Part shown: positions 10,109 through 20,107 of the stretch, one piece after another
Position numbering within the stretch: position 1 is the first letter of the stretch
How the letters are laid out: each line of letters opens with the position of its first letter
NCBI GenBank assembly: GCA_964413895.1
Contig: CAYPUV010000001.1
Location: forward strand, 1-59,291
DNA from: an uncultured Anaerolineaceae bacterium
GTDB taxonomy: Bacteria; Chloroflexota; Anaerolineae; 4572-78
DNA length: 59,291 bases
Direction: 5' to 3'
The notes under the pieces: model-generated
Databases searched by the model: none
What the model saw: the letters and a program-made list of their open reading frames with translations, nothing else
Told to the model about the DNA's origin: nothing
Position numbers and translations under genes: made by a program

Positions 10109-11788
10109 TTAGATGACGGCCTGCTCATGATATTCTCCAAACACCTCACGGAAGACATCCATGATTTCTTGCAGCGTTGCGTATTCTTTTACGGCGTTTA
10201 AAATGGCGGGCATTGTGTTTTTGTTGCTCTGGGCAACGGTTTTTAGCTCCGCCAGCCGACGTGCGACGGCGCGGTTGTCTCTGGTGGCTTTCACTTCTTC
10301 TATGCGCGCGCATTGCCGCTCGAATCCCTGCGGGTCCATTGCCAAAAGGGGGATCTCCAGCGGGTCTTCGCTGACGTAGTTGTTAACACCCACAACGGTG
10401 CGCTGGTGCGTGTCAATTTCGTGCTGATAGCGGTAGGCTGCATCGGCAATTTCCTGTTGGAAAAAACCGGCTTCAATAGCGGGCAACACGCCCCCCAGGG
10501 CCTCTATTTTGTCAAAGTACTCCCAGGCGGCTGCTTCCATCTGGTCGGTGAATTGCTCCACAAAGTAGCTGCCTCCCAGCGGGTCGATGGTGTTGGCAAC
10601 GCCGCTTTCGTGGGCAATGATTTGCTGGGTGCGCAGGGCCACGCGGGCCGCCGTTTCGCTGGGCAGAGCCAGCGCCTCGTCCATAGAATTGGTGTGCAAA
10701 CTTTGTGTTCCGCCCAAAACTGCCGCCAGCGCCTGAATTGCCACCCGCGCGATGTTGTTTTCTGGTTGTTGGGCGGTTAAACTGGCCCCCGCCGTTTGCG
10801 TGTGGAACCGCAATAACCACGAGCGCGGATTTTTAGCCTTAAATTTTTCTTTCATCACCGTTGCCCAAATGCGACGTGCGGCGCGATATTTGGCGATTTC
10901 TTCAAAAAAATCGTTGTGGGCATTGAAGAAAAAGCTCAGTCGCGGGGCAAAAGCATCTACGTCCAGTCCCCGTTCGATGGCCCATTTTACGTATTCCATG
11001 CCGTCGGCCAGGGTAAAGGCCATCTCTTGCACTGCTGTGCTGCCGGCCTCTCTGATGTGGTAGCCACTAATGCTGATGGTGTTCCACTGCGGGAGCTGCG
11101 CTGTGCCAAATTCAATGGTGTCTACAACCAGTCGCATGCTCGGCTGGGGGGGGAAGATGTATTCTTTTTGCGCAATATACTCTTTGAGAATATCGTTTTG
11201 GATGGTTCCGGCCAGTTTGTTTCTGGGGACGCCGCGCTTGTCGGCCACGGCGATGAACATTGCCCAGATAACGGCAGCCGGGCTGTTAATGGTCATACTG
11301 GTGGAAACTTTGTCCAGCGGGAGGCCGTCTAGCAGTACTTCCATATCCCGCAGTGAGGAGATGGCCACGCCACATTTGCCAAACTCACCCAATGCTTGCG
11401 GGGCGTCGGAGTCGTACCCATACAGGGTGGGCATATCAAAGGCAACAGACAAGCCAGTTTGTCCCTGTTGTAGCAAATATTTAAAGCGGGCATTGGTTTC
11501 TTCCGCCGTGCCAAACCCGGCGAACATTCGCATCGTCCAGAGTTTGCCGCGATAGCCGGTGGCGTGAATGCCGCGCGTGTATGGGTATTGGCCGGGGTAG
11601 TTGAGCTTGTTGAGGTATTCGACGGGAGTCGTCTCGCTGGGGGTGTAAAGCCGTTCAATGGGGGTAGAAGAAGTGGTGATAAATTGAGTCTGTCGCTCTG
11701 GGCGTTTTTGCAGCGTTTGTTTGAGCGTTGTCTCTTCCCACTGTTGCTTGCTCTCTTGATAGAGTCTGGAATTATTGCTGTTAGACAT
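10109..11788 (-). CDS. acyl-CoA mutase large (catalytic) subunit with an isobutyryl-CoA-mutase-type active-site signature
   Basis: 559 aa, MCM-family TIM barrel. WTMRMFAGF has Phe at the MCM Tyr89 position, and [10 protein letters not shown] has Gln at the MCM Arg207 position. Confidence 0.75.
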   Translation of the reverse strand: MSNSNNSRLYQESKQQWEETTLKQTLQKRPERQTQFITTSSTPIERLYTPSETTPVEYLNKLNYPGQYPYTRGIHATGYRGKLWTMRMFAGFGTAEETNARFKYLLQQGQTGLSVAFDMPTLYGYDSDAPQALGEFGKCGVAISSLRDMEVLLDGLPLDKVSTSMTINSPAAVIWAMFIAVADKRGVPRNKLAGTIQNDILKEYIAQKEYIFPPQPSMRLVVDTIEFGTAQLPQWNTISISGYHIREAGSTAVQEMAFTLADGMEYVKWAIERGLDVDAFAPRLSFFFNAHNDFFEEIAKYRAARRIWATVMKEKFKAKNPRSWLLRFHTQTAGASLTAQQPENNIARVAIQALAAVLGGTQSLHTNSMDEALALPSETAARVALRTQQIIAHESGVANTIDPLGGSYFVEQFTDQMEAAAWEYFDKIEALGGVLPAIEAGFFQQEIADAAYRYQHEIDTHQRTVVGVNNYVSEDPLEIPLLAMDPQGFERQCARIEEVKATRDNRAVARRLAELKTVAQSNKNTMPAILNAVKEYATLQEIMDVFREVFGEYHEQAVI

Positions 11789-11890
11789 AGTACATCTCCT
11801 GGGCGCAGCCGTTGAGCTCAGTTTTGAAAAAAGGTGGTCCCTATTCTACCCTGCTTTTCTCCCCCCTTGCCCAAAATGCGGGGCAGAGGG

Positions 11891-11904
11891 TTGGAAAAGG
11901 GTCG
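11891..11904 (-). terminator. possible weak intrinsic terminator after the response regulator gene
   Basis: 14-nt perfect palindrome GGTCGCCGGCGACC, 14 nt past the stop. On the minus strand it is followed by CTTTTCC. Confidence 0.3.
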
Positions 11905-11917
11905 CCGGCGACCGCGT

Positions 11918-12286
11918 TTAACCTAAAATTTCCTCAACTTTGTTCATCAGTTCTAGCGGGCTAAAGGGTTTGGTAAAGTACCCATCTGCGCCCGCCTCAT
12001 TGCCGCGCCGAAGGTCTTCTTCTTTGTCCAATGCAGTGAGCATTAAAATATGGGCGTATTTTGTCCGTTCATCGCTTTTGAGGATGCGGCAGGTTTCAAA
12101 ACCATCGATGGAACTGTTGGGCATCATAACATCTAGAAAAATAAGGTCTGGTTGGTGTTCTCTGGCAACTTCAAGTGCCTCATCACCAGAGGCTGCCTCA
12201 AGAATCTGGTAATCGCCAATGCGAATAGTAACGTGGACCAATTCTCTGATTTTTGCCTGGTCGTCAACAATCAATATTTTTTTCAT
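11918..12286 (-). CDS. single-domain response regulator (CheY-like)
   Basis: 122 aa. ILIVDDQ, DLIFLDVMMP (phospho-Asp), LMLTAL and FTKPF motifs. Confidence 0.9.
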   Translation of the reverse strand: MKKILIVDDQAKIRELVHVTIRIGDYQILEAASGDEALEVAREHQPDLIFLDVMMPNSSIDGFETCRILKSDERTKYAHILMLTALDKEEDLRRGNEAGADGYFTKPFSPLELMNKVEEILG

Positions 12287-12302
12287 GAAAGGTCTCCATC
12301 TA

Positions 12303-15300
12303 TTATTTATTGAGGGCTAATTTTATTCTTCCCAGGTATTCATCAATATCAAAAGGTTTGGTTAAGAAATCTACAGCACCCAGAGAAAATGTCCGCTCAA
12401 TGTGTGCCAGATCTGATTTAGCGGAAACCACCACTACCGGAATGTGTTGTGTTGCCGGCGTGGATTTTAGATGTTGTAAAACCGCTTCTCCGTTCATTTT
12501 GGGGAGCATTAGATCTAAAACAATCAAATCTGGATGTTCATTGCGCGCCCGTTCCAGGCCGCTGGCGCCATCTTGGGCGGTTATTACTTCGTACCCGTCT
12601 GTGCGCAGTATCCGTTCTTCCACTTCTAATATACTCGGTTCGTCTTCAATAATCAAAATATTGGCCACACCGATGACCAAAGGCAACGTGAAGCTGATGG
12701 TTGTTCCTTGTGATTTTTGGCTGGAGACCCAAATTTTGCCGCCGTGAGACTCGATGATGTGTTTGACAATGACCATGCCCAGGCCGGTGCCTTCTATGGC
12801 GGTGGAACTGGCGTCGGCGCGCCAGAATTTTTCAAACACATGCGCTTGTTCCACCAAAGACATGCCGATGCCGTTATCTTGCACGCTAACACGCAAATTT
12901 GCCGTGCTTCGCGTAACAGTAACAGTGATGGAGCCACCATCGGGCGAGTATTTTATGGCGTTGGAAAGCAAATTATTAAGCGCTTGTTCCAGCCGGCTTT
13001 CGTCGATTTTTAGTTCTGGCCAGTAATCGGGTTCAATAAGTTGAATGTTGTGGTTGGTGGTGCGAGATTGCCAGAGCGCAATCTGTTTTTCAAAAAGCTG
13101 GCGGGGATTCATTAGCCTGGGCGAGATGGAAAACGCCGCACCTGATTCAATTTTTGACACATCCAGTAAATCAGAAACCAAATTAGAGAGATGAACGGAT
13201 TGCTCGTGGATGTACCCCACAAACTTCTTGATTTCCTCTCGACTAAAATCGGTGCGAGCCATCAATAATTCTGCATAGCCTCTGATGGTTGTGAGTGGGC
13301 TTCTGAGTTCGTGCGCCGCCGTTCCCAAGAATTCAGTTTTCAGACGGTCAAGTTCTCTTAATTTTGAAATATCACGTTGAATGCCCACAAATTTATCAAT
13401 CTGGCCGTGATGGTTAAAGATGGGGGCAATGGTCAGGTCAGCATCGTACTGGGTATCATCTTTGCGTTTATCTTTTAATTCGCCGCGCCAAATTTTACCT
13501 TCAAGAAGCGTTTTCCACATATGGGCATATACGTGTGGCGGTGTCTGTTTCGTGTTTAGGATGCGGGGGTTTTTGCCAATAACTTCTTCTGGGTAGTAGC
13601 CGGTTAGCGTGGTGAACGCGGGGTTTACGTATTCTATTGTGCCGTCGGCATTTGTGATGATAATGGCGTCGGCGGCGCTGGCGAGGATGGCATCTGTTTG
13701 TTCTTTTTGTGAGCGGATTTCGGCGGTGCGCGCTTCCACCTGCGCGGCCAGGTTGCGGGCATAGTCGTTAACTTGTTGGAACAGCAAGGCGTTTTCTACC
13801 GCGACACCGGTTTGCCGGCCAATGGCTTCGATTGTATTCAAAACTTCAATGGAATGTTCGATGGGGAGATTGAAAGAAAAAAGGCCGAGCACGCCCAACG
13901 GTTCGTTCCCGCTGGTAATGGGGACCGCAATAGCGCCGGTAACGCCAATGGGCAACCAGGGAGGCGTATTGTAATTTTCAACGGCCAGATTGTCGGTAAC
14001 CAATACCTTTTGCTCTTCTAGAACTTTGTACACAATGCCGGGCGTTGTTTTTAGCACTGGTGGAAGGTCATCGGTGGGGAAATTATGCCAGTACTGTAAG
14101 AATGATTCTCCGTTAGCCGGATTAACCAGGGTCAGCGTGGCCGCATCAGCTTCGGCGATGGCGCTGGCTGTTTGCATAATATCTGTGGCCAGGGCATCGA
14201 GGCTGAGTTTGCTGCTTAATCGACGTGCCAGGCGATTGAGCAACGCTTCGCACTTCAGGCGGCGTTCTACTTGTTGGTAAAGGCGGCTATTTTCAATGGC
14301 GATGCCGGTTTGCAGAGCAAATCGCGTGAGCAAATCTAAATCGGCCGATTTGAAGGCGGAGTCTCCTCCCCGGCACATGGTAATTGCGCCGATTACTTTA
14401 TCCTTTATTACAAAGGGAACAGACATGAACGCGCCCGGTAGGGGAGGGGCGGTGGGTGGTGGCACATTGTTTTGGTATTGCGGGTTGCGAATAATGCCTT
14501 GTTTCGCGGCGATCGCCTGAGTGGCTACGGCTTTTGCCTCGTTAGAACATTGAGGATTGTCGGTGTCGTCCAGGCAAACAATGGTGTCTAATGTTTGTTT
14601 GTCTCGTGTAATTAGATGCACCGCGGTTAACCGGGCTTGCATAAGGTCTTTCACCCGCGTAGCCATAGCGTTGATTACTTTTTGCGTATCCAGTGTAGAG
14701 GCTACATCTCTGGCACTGTTTAATAAAGCTCTCAGTTCGTCGGCGGTTTTGGTGGTTTGCCGAAACAAGCGTGCATTATTGATGGCGGTGGAGACGTGCT
14801 GGGCAAAGGTAAAAGCCAGTTGGCCCTCTTTTTCTGAGAAGGCGTTTACAGCAAAACTGTCGATGGAAATTTGTCCGATGGTTTTGTCTTGCCAAATGAG
14901 GGGCGTGCCAATCCATGAGCGAATGGGACTGGTCCCGGCCCAAAAAGCGTAACGGGGATCTTTGCGCACATCATTAATGACAATCGGTTTGTGATACCGC
15001 TTCATCTCCTGGTAGAGGGTGTTGGTTTCTACCGGAACCACAACATTCAGCACGGCCTCTTTTTTGGTGAAACCACTCCCCGCCTCTAGTTTTAGGGTGT
15101 TGTTTCTTTCTAGCAATATAGAAGCGCTGTCGTACTGTACCACTTGCGACAGTTGTTCTAGAATGAGGTTCAAGACAATATCCAGGTCCAGGCTGCTGCT
15201 GACAATTTTGCTGACATTTTGCAGGGTTTCGGCAATTCTTTGCTGCTCTTTTGCTTGCTGAACCAGAACCAGGTTCTCCATAATTGCCGAACCAAACGTG

Positions 15301-15845
15301 GCAAATGCGTTGATAACCGGCATATCGTCTGGGTGGATGTTTGTTGATGTGGCAACAAGCAAATGTGTCACCGTGCCTTTGGCTTTTAAGGGGGCAATAA
15401 TACAGGTACATGGGGCCACGTTTTTTTGATCTGCAAGATCTTTGTCCTGGCCAGCGACAGGGGAAACAAGTTGCAGCACATCTTTTCTGGCAAGAGGCAA
15501 GAGGATTGCTTCTCCGCGTCCAAACACGGCTTCGTAGAAGGATAAATCTTGCAGCGGAACGACGCGATTGTTCAGGGCAGCGACAGTTGATAAAGATATA
15601 TGACCGAACGCGGGACGCGACGTAGAGCGCAGCGATACGTGTTGAATGGTGAGCGTTGTTTGCGTGGAATCAATTCGCCCGGTCAAAACGTCAAAGCCCA
15701 GTCTGTTTAGGCTTTGGGTAATAATGCGCAGAATGTCGCTTGCAGTTTTAGCCTTGCTCAGGGCAATGGATGCATTGTTTAATATGGGCCACTGGGTTGC
15801 ATTGCGGGGAGCAAAACCAGCCGCTGAATTAAGGTTCTGAGACAT
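12303..15845 (-). CDS. hybrid sensor histidine kinase (multiple GAF, PAS, HisKA, HATPase_c, C-terminal REC)
   Basis: 1180 aa. H-box AAHELRSPLTTIRGY, N-box NLLSNAIKYSPDGG, G-boxes DNGIGM and GTGLGM, and a C-terminal REC (ILIIEDEP...DLIVLDLMLP). Confidence 0.9.
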   Translation of the reverse strand: MSQNLNSAAGFAPRNATQWPILNNASIALSKAKTASDILRIITQSLNRLGFDVLTGRIDSTQTTLTIQHVSLRSTSRPAFGHISLSTVAALNNRVVPLQDLSFYEAVFGRGEAILLPLARKDVLQLVSPVAGQDKDLADQKNVAPCTCIIAPLKAKGTVTHLLVATSTNIHPDDMPVINAFATFGSAIMENLVLVQQAKEQQRIAETLQNVSKIVSSSLDLDIVLNLILEQLSQVVQYDSASILLERNNTLKLEAGSGFTKKEAVLNVVVPVETNTLYQEMKRYHKPIVINDVRKDPRYAFWAGTSPIRSWIGTPLIWQDKTIGQISIDSFAVNAFSEKEGQLAFTFAQHVSTAINNARLFRQTTKTADELRALLNSARDVASTLDTQKVINAMATRVKDLMQARLTAVHLITRDKQTLDTIVCLDDTDNPQCSNEAKAVATQAIAAKQGIIRNPQYQNNVPPPTAPPLPGAFMSVPFVIKDKVIGAITMCRGGDSAFKSADLDLLTRFALQTGIAIENSRLYQQVERRLKCEALLNRLARRLSSKLSLDALATDIMQTASAIAEADAATLTLVNPANGESFLQYWHNFPTDDLPPVLKTTPGIVYKVLEEQKVLVTDNLAVENYNTPPWLPIGVTGAIAVPITSGNEPLGVLGLFSFNLPIEHSIEVLNTIEAIGRQTGVAVENALLFQQVNDYARNLAAQVEARTAEIRSQKEQTDAILASAADAIIITNADGTIEYVNPAFTTLTGYYPEEVIGKNPRILNTKQTPPHVYAHMWKTLLEGKIWRGELKDKRKDDTQYDADLTIAPIFNHHGQIDKFVGIQRDISKLRELDRLKTEFLGTAAHELRSPLTTIRGYAELLMARTDFSREEIKKFVGYIHEQSVHLSNLVSDLLDVSKIESGAAFSISPRLMNPRQLFEKQIALWQSRTTNHNIQLIEPDYWPELKIDESRLEQALNNLLSNAIKYSPDGGSITVTVTRSTANLRVSVQDNGIGMSLVEQAHVFEKFWRADASSTAIEGTGLGMVIVKHIIESHGGKIWVSSQKSQGTTISFTLPLVIGVANILIIEDEPSILEVEERILRTDGYEVITAQDGASGLERARNEHPDLIVLDLMLPKMNGEAVLQHLKSTPATQHIPVVVVSAKSDLAHIERTFSLGAVDFLTKPFDIDEYLGRIKLALNK

Positions 15846-17940
15846 TAGTTTCGTTTACATCCTCTGAGATTACGGGCAAAAAAATGGAAAAGGTTGTTCC
15901 TTTGCCCAAAACGCTGTCCACGGAAATGCGTCCATGGTGGTTGTTTATAATTTGTTTGGTTACCGATAAACCTAATCCGGTCCCTGATTTATCTTGTTTT
16001 GTCGTAAAAAAGGCCTCAAAAATATGCTCCAGGTTTTCTGGTGCAATGCCCTGTCCTGTATCTGATATTTGCAGCGATACGAAATCAGGAGCGGTATCTT
16101 CGGTCAGGGAAGTTTTTATGGTTAGCACGCCGCCGGCGGGCATTGCGTCGATGGCGTTGATGATGATGTTCAGGATAACTTGCGAAATCTGAATAGAACT
16201 TCCATAGATTAAAGCTTGCGCTTGTGAATAAGACTTTGTTACATCTATATTAGCATGTTTTATTTTTATTTCTAAAATGTGAAGCATCTCTTCAACAAGC
16301 TGGTTAAGGTCGAATACCTCAAATTTGTCGGCGTTGGTTCTGGAAAGCGTTACCATTTGCCGGAGCAACACGTTGGCGCGCCGGGAGATGCTCAAAATGC
16401 GTTCAATAATGTTGACCATTGTGGGGTCTATTGTGTCGCGGCGGCGCAATATTATTTGTGAGTAGCCTAGAATGGGGGAGATGAGATTGCTGAGATCGTG
16501 CGCCACACTGGCAGCCATCTGCCCCATCAGAATCAACCGGTCGGTATGGATATCTGGCGCTGATTTGGGTCTTGCCGGGGGGGGTTCTGTTTTTTGCTGC
16601 TGGTACAGTTTGGCCAGATCTCTGGCATAGGCTAAATTTTGAGATTGGGTAATTTCCAGTTGTTGTTTTAATTTATTAATAATGGTTGTCTGAGTTTGTT
16701 GTTGGGTGTTTTTTTGTTTTTCTTGCTGCAAACTCAGTTGATGTTGCATTTTTAGCCATTCTTGGCGGGCCAAATTTACATTGTCTGCGGTAAAGCGCGG
16801 GAAGGTTAATGTAAACGTGCTTCCCTCTCCCAGGGTCGATTCAACGGCCAGCCGGCCCCGATGCAGGGTGAGGATGCGTTGAACAATTGACAGTCCCAGA
16901 CCCATGCCTACTGTACGGCGCGTGGTGTGTTGTTCAACCTGGTAGAACGGCTGCAAAATGTGTGCCAGATCTATGGGAGGGATTCCCTTGCCGGTATCGG
17001 CAAACGTTAGCGTGTATGAATCCGCATTTTTTTGGCCGGTGATGGTTAATGTTCCCCCCGGTTTGTTGTGCCGAAGGCCGTTTTCAATTAAGTGTCCCAC
17101 TGCGGTGACAAGTTGTTTTTGGTTGCCCAGCACCAGCATACTGTCTTCTGGCAAATGCACCGTAACGGCCACGTTGCGTTCGGCGGCCAGGGTGGAGAGC
17201 AGCGATTGCGCCGTATCAACAATGGCGCGCAAATCAATGGCCGCTACTTCAGTTTCTTTTAGATCGCTGATGGTGGCGTTGATAAGGTTGTTAATGGTGT
17301 GCCGCAGTTTTTCCGATGCACCCTGAACGTGATTTAATACGGCGCGCGATTCATCATCTAAACTAGCGGCAATATGTTCCAGCATCGAGGTGAATCCAAT
17401 AACGCTGGCCAAAGGGGTTCTTAATTCATGCGCCGCCAGGTGCAGAAATTCCTCGCGCATTGAATTAACCCGTTCTTCCCAGGTGATGTCGTGGATTACC
17501 AGCGCCCAGCCTCCGTCGGGCAGGGGGGCCGCCTGGATGGACACGGTGCGAGGAAGCGGCTCGCTCAATGTCAATTGGACGGCATGGGTTGCTTGTGACG
17601 ATTGGCTCAGTTGCTGTAAAAATGCGTCTGTGTCATCGCCAATCAACAGCGCCGACAGTGGTTTCCCATGGGCGTCGGCGGCGGCAATGTTCAACAAGGT
17701 TGTGCCGGCTCGATTGATTTCTTGCACGTGGAAGGTTTTGTCCACAACCAAAAACACATCGCTCATACTGGCAAACGCGGCCTCTAGTTTTTTGTAGGCC
17801 ATTTCCAGCGCCTCGCGCTTTTGCCGCTCTTGCTTGTAGAGCGCAACCATATCCTGGCCGTACTGCAACGCCTGCCGATAGGCCAGATCAAGCTGGTCAA
17901 TATTTCTATCTTCAAAACTTGACGGATTGGGGTCACTCAT
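15829..17940 (-). CDS. sensor histidine kinase with two tandem complete kinase cores
   Basis: 703 aa. Core 1 has H-box AAHELRTPLASV (H171), N-box ENGLRHNKPGG, DTGKGI and GMGLGLSIV. A Gln-rich coiled coil follows. Core 2 has H-box SVAHDLSNLISPILGY (H481), N-box NIIINAIDAMPAGG, DTGQGI and GTGLGLSV. Confidence 0.85.
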   Translation of the reverse strand: MSDPNPSSFEDRNIDQLDLAYRQALQYGQDMVALYKQERQKREALEMAYKKLEAAFASMSDVFLVVDKTFHVQEINRAGTTLLNIAAADAHGKPLSALLIGDDTDAFLQQLSQSSQATHAVQLTLSEPLPRTVSIQAAPLPDGGWALVIHDITWEERVNSMREEFLHLAAHELRTPLASVIGFTSMLEHIAASLDDESRAVLNHVQGASEKLRHTINNLINATISDLKETEVAAIDLRAIVDTAQSLLSTLAAERNVAVTVHLPEDSMLVLGNQKQLVTAVGHLIENGLRHNKPGGTLTITGQKNADSYTLTFADTGKGIPPIDLAHILQPFYQVEQHTTRRTVGMGLGLSIVQRILTLHRGRLAVESTLGEGSTFTLTFPRFTADNVNLARQEWLKMQHQLSLQQEKQKNTQQQTQTTIINKLKQQLEITQSQNLAYARDLAKLYQQQKTEPPPARPKSAPDIHTDRLILMGQMAASVAHDLSNLISPILGYSQIILRRRDTIDPTMVNIIERILSISRRANVLLRQMVTLSRTNADKFEVFDLNQLVEEMLHILEIKIKHANIDVTKSYSQAQALIYGSSIQISQVILNIIINAIDAMPAGGVLTIKTSLTEDTAPDFVSLQISDTGQGIAPENLEHIFEAFFTTKQDKSGTGLGLSVTKQIINNHHGRISVDSVLGKGTTFSIFLPVISEDVNETNVSEP

Positions 17941-18349
17941 AATGTGGTTTTTCGTATAGCTCTATAAGTACGCCGTGCGTGGTTTTGGGGTGGACAAAAA
18001 CGTACTTTTGGCCCTGGCTTCCAATACGAGGCTTGTCTTCTATAATTTGCAGGCCTTTGGCAGCCAGGTCTGCCATAGCCTGTTCAATATTATCTACCGT
18101 TACACAAATGTGGTGAATGCCCTCGCCGTGATTTGCCAGAAACTTGCTCACGCCGGTGTCGGGAGCAGTGGGCTGAATCAGCTCAATCTCGTTGCTGCCG
18201 TTTGCCAGGGGCAAGAAGGCCACTTTTACATGTTCCGCGGGGACGGTTTCGACGCGAGCGATCGGCAAGCCCAGCGCATCGCGGTACACCTTCAGGGCGT
18301 TATGGATATCTTTCACGACAATGGCGATGTGGTCAATTTTTAGTGACAT
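17933..18349 (-). CDS. mce: methylmalonyl-CoA epimerase (VOC/glyoxalase fold)
   Basis: 138 aa. It starts IDHIAIVVKDI, has GEGIHHICV and VFVHPKTTHGVLIEL, and lies 31 nt downstream of the MCM large subunit. Confidence 0.85.
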   Translation of the reverse strand: MSLKIDHIAIVVKDIHNALKVYRDALGLPIARVETVPAEHVKVAFLPLANGSNEIELIQPTAPDTGVSKFLANHGEGIHHICVTVDNIEQAMADLAAKGLQIIEDKPRIGSQGQKYVFVHPKTTHGVLIELYEKPHYE

Positions 18350-18380
18350 TTTTGGCCTCTATGATTTCCTGGTTTTTAGG

Positions 18381-20054
18381 CTAAATATAGGTAACGGGGT
18401 GATATTCCCCCCATATTTTGCGTAATGTGTGGTTAATTTCACCGATGGTGGCATACGCTTCTACGGCGGCGAGGATGTGTGGCATTAATGGTGCAGCTGA
18501 TGAGCGCGCTGCGTTGGACAACCGGTTGAGGGCGGCTTCTACGGCGGCGGCATCTCTGTCGGTTCTCAGGCGCGCCAGCCGTTGCACCTGAGTTTGCTCA
18601 ATTGTCTCATCAACACGCATAATTTGCGGCTTTGTTTTTTCTTCCACTAAAAAACGATTGACGCCCACCACAACCCGCTGTTTGGCCTCTACCGCTCGCT
18701 GGTGTTGATAGGCGGCATTTTGAATTTCTTTCTGCATGTAGCCGGTTTCGATTGCGTGTAGTGCGCCGCCCAGTTCATCTATTTCTTTAATATAAGCGGC
18801 GGCCCGTGCTTCTATTTCATCGGTGAGGTTTTCGATGAAATAGCTGCCGGCCAGAGGGTCGATGGTGTCGGCTACGCCGCTTTCGTAGGCAATAATTTGC
18901 TGGGTGCGCAGCGCAATTTGTGCCGCTTCTTCTGTGGGTAGCCCCAACGCTTCGTCCAGTGAATTGGTGTGCAGGCTCTGTGTACCGCCCATTACCGAGG
19001 CCAAAGCTTGCAGTGTTACGCGCACCACATTGTTTACGGGCTGTTGCACGGTTAGCGTGCTGCCGCCCGTTTGGGTGTGGAAACGAAGTCGCCAGCTTTT
19101 GGGGTCTTTTGCGCCGAAGCGATCTTTCATTATTTTGGCCCACAAGCGACGCGCGGCTCTGAATTTGGCGACTTCTTCCAGGAAATTGTTGTGCGCGTTG
19201 AAGAAGAAAGAAAGCTGTTGCGCAAATTCATCTACCGATAATCCGGCGTCCAGGGCGGCTTGCACATAAGCCACGGCATTTGCCAGGGTGAAGGCAACTT
19301 CTTGCACGGCTGTGCTGCCGGCCTCTCTAATGTGATACCCGCTGATTGAGATGGTGTTCCAGTGGGGGATGTTGTTTTTGCAGTAGGTAATAATATCGGT
19401 AATTAAACGCATTGAGGGGGCCGGGGGGAAGATATATGTTCCGCGCGCAATGTATTCTTTCAGAATATCGTTCTGCACGGTTCCCCGTAGTTTTGCTGGA
19501 GCAACGCCCTGTTTTTTGGCGACAGCAATGTACATTGCCAGCAAAATTCCGGCCGGCGCATTGATGGTCATGCTGGTTGAAACTTTGTCCAGCGGGATGC
19601 CATTGAATAGCGTTTCCATATCCTTAAGGGAGGAGATGGAAACGCCAACTTTGCCCACCTCACCGGATGCCAGGGGGTCATCGGCGTCATAACCCAACTG
19701 GGTGGGCAGGTCGAAGGCGACACTCAAGCCGGTTTGTCCCGCTTTGAGCAGGTATTTAAAGCGGCGATTGGTCTCTTCGGCAGTGCCGAAGCCGGCGTAC
19801 TGCCGCATTGTCCAAAACCGGCCCCGATACATTGTGGGCTGCACGCCCCGCGTGAAGGGATATTCGCCGGGGAAGCCAAGTTCATTTAGATAGTGTTCCT
19901 CGGCATTAGAGCGGGGGAGCGCTACCCGCTCAACTGGAATGTTGGAATTGGTGACAAAGGTTTCTTGTCGCTCGGGGAATTTTTTTAGCGTGGGGTTGAG
20001 CCTGGTAGAAACCCATGCGTTGAATTTGGTTTTTAAGGATGCTGTCAGCGCCAT
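18381..20054 (-). CDS. methylmalonyl-CoA mutase large (catalytic) subunit, canonical Tyr/Arg signature
   Basis: 557 aa. WTMRQYAGF keeps the Tyr equivalent to MCM Y89, and [10 protein letters not shown] keeps the Arg equivalent to R207. Adjacent to the epimerase. Confidence 0.85.
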   Translation of the reverse strand: MALTASLKTKFNAWVSTRLNPTLKKFPERQETFVTNSNIPVERVALPRSNAEEHYLNELGFPGEYPFTRGVQPTMYRGRFWTMRQYAGFGTAEETNRRFKYLLKAGQTGLSVAFDLPTQLGYDADDPLASGEVGKVGVSISSLKDMETLFNGIPLDKVSTSMTINAPAGILLAMYIAVAKKQGVAPAKLRGTVQNDILKEYIARGTYIFPPAPSMRLITDIITYCKNNIPHWNTISISGYHIREAGSTAVQEVAFTLANAVAYVQAALDAGLSVDEFAQQLSFFFNAHNNFLEEVAKFRAARRLWAKIMKDRFGAKDPKSWRLRFHTQTGGSTLTVQQPVNNVVRVTLQALASVMGGTQSLHTNSLDEALGLPTEEAAQIALRTQQIIAYESGVADTIDPLAGSYFIENLTDEIEARAAAYIKEIDELGGALHAIETGYMQKEIQNAAYQHQRAVEAKQRVVVGVNRFLVEEKTKPQIMRVDETIEQTQVQRLARLRTDRDAAAVEAALNRLSNAARSSAAPLMPHILAAVEAYATIGEINHTLRKIWGEYHPVTYI

Positions 20055-20107
20055 TGTTGATCTTCTTTCTCTGGGGGAGTGTGTAATTTCAGTTTTCCAA
20101 TCTCTGC

